A DNA stretch of 34,118 bases from a virus. Its lineage: Duplodnaviria; Caudoviricetes. This document shows, in pieces, positions 33,944-34,118 of the stretch (positions are counted from its first letter, which is position 1; every line of letters begins with the position of its first letter). The DNA lies in IMG/VR virus record IMGVR_UViG_3300044742_000141, positions 1-34,118 of that record; one strand, 5' to 3'. The position numbers and the translations under genes were made by a program. Below the pieces are notes generated by a model. That model did not search any database. It was not told where the DNA came from and saw only the letters and a list, made by a program, of their open reading frames with translations.

Positions 33944-34075
33944 GATGTTGACAGAGTCAACTCCGAGTTCAGGGGGTGGTTCCAGAGCACTTCGAGAGCG
34001 GCCCCTGGAGTACTTCAGGAGAATTACTTTTCACGCAACTAGTTTTAAAATCAGGGGCTTGACAAAGTCAACATC
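33944..34075. promoter_or_regulatory. two palindromic operator-like sites TTGAC-N3-GTCAA
   Basis: GATGTTGACAGAGTCAAC (33944-33961) and TTGACAAAGTCAACATC (34059-34075), inverted relative to each other. Confidence 0.5.
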
Positions 34076-34118
34076 TAAAACTCTCTCCCTCGGTCGAGGG
34101 GGGGGGCGGGGGGGCGGG

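Noticed and set aside
34097-34118. Terminal G-runs as a G-quadruplex
   Set aside because: They lie at the very edge of the window, where poly-G is a common sequencing or assembly artefact; cannot be judged here
1-34118. Prophage boundaries, integrase, tRNA, diversity-generating retroelement
   Set aside because: No recombinase, reverse transcriptase, cloverleaf or ~100-bp adenine-variable repeat pair was seen, and there are no host genes in the window

Overview
Most of the genome of a tailed dsDNA bacteriophage with podovirus-like (P22/T7-style short tail) gene content; the host cannot be identified from the sequence. Layout: (+) replication block 1-4446 (family-A DNA polymerase with a degenerate N-terminal uracil-DNA-glycosylase-like domain, then a DUF3987-like P-loop protein); (-) a morphogenesis block of about 24 kb, 4461-28773 (TerS candidate, TerL, portal, scaffold, major capsid, cement, two adaptors, tail/fibre proteins, nozzle, three probable ejection proteins); a repeat-rich divergent non-coding region at about 28.8-30.0 kb; (+) a MoxR/CobS-type AAA+ ATPase, its vWA-like partner and a small Zn-finger gene; (-) an acidic-tailed orphan gene with its own promoter; and a terminal region with paired DnaA-box matches and palindromic operators. 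I saw no integrase, endolysin, tRNA, rRNA or CRISPR array. Three things stand out. (1) Two glycosyltransferase + SAM-methyltransferase modules, one split and one fused, lie inside the structural block, each directly behind a small virion gene that is about 25% Ser/Thr; this is a candidate phage-encoded virion glycosylation-plus-methylation system. (2) The non-palindromic hexamer GCGGCC (extended GNGCGGCC) occurs about 70 times by hand count, roughly 10-fold above a rough expectation. (3) About 20 C-GNA-G triloop mini-hairpins are concentrated in intergenic DNA. All protein calls come from motifs and gene order read by eye; no database search was run.
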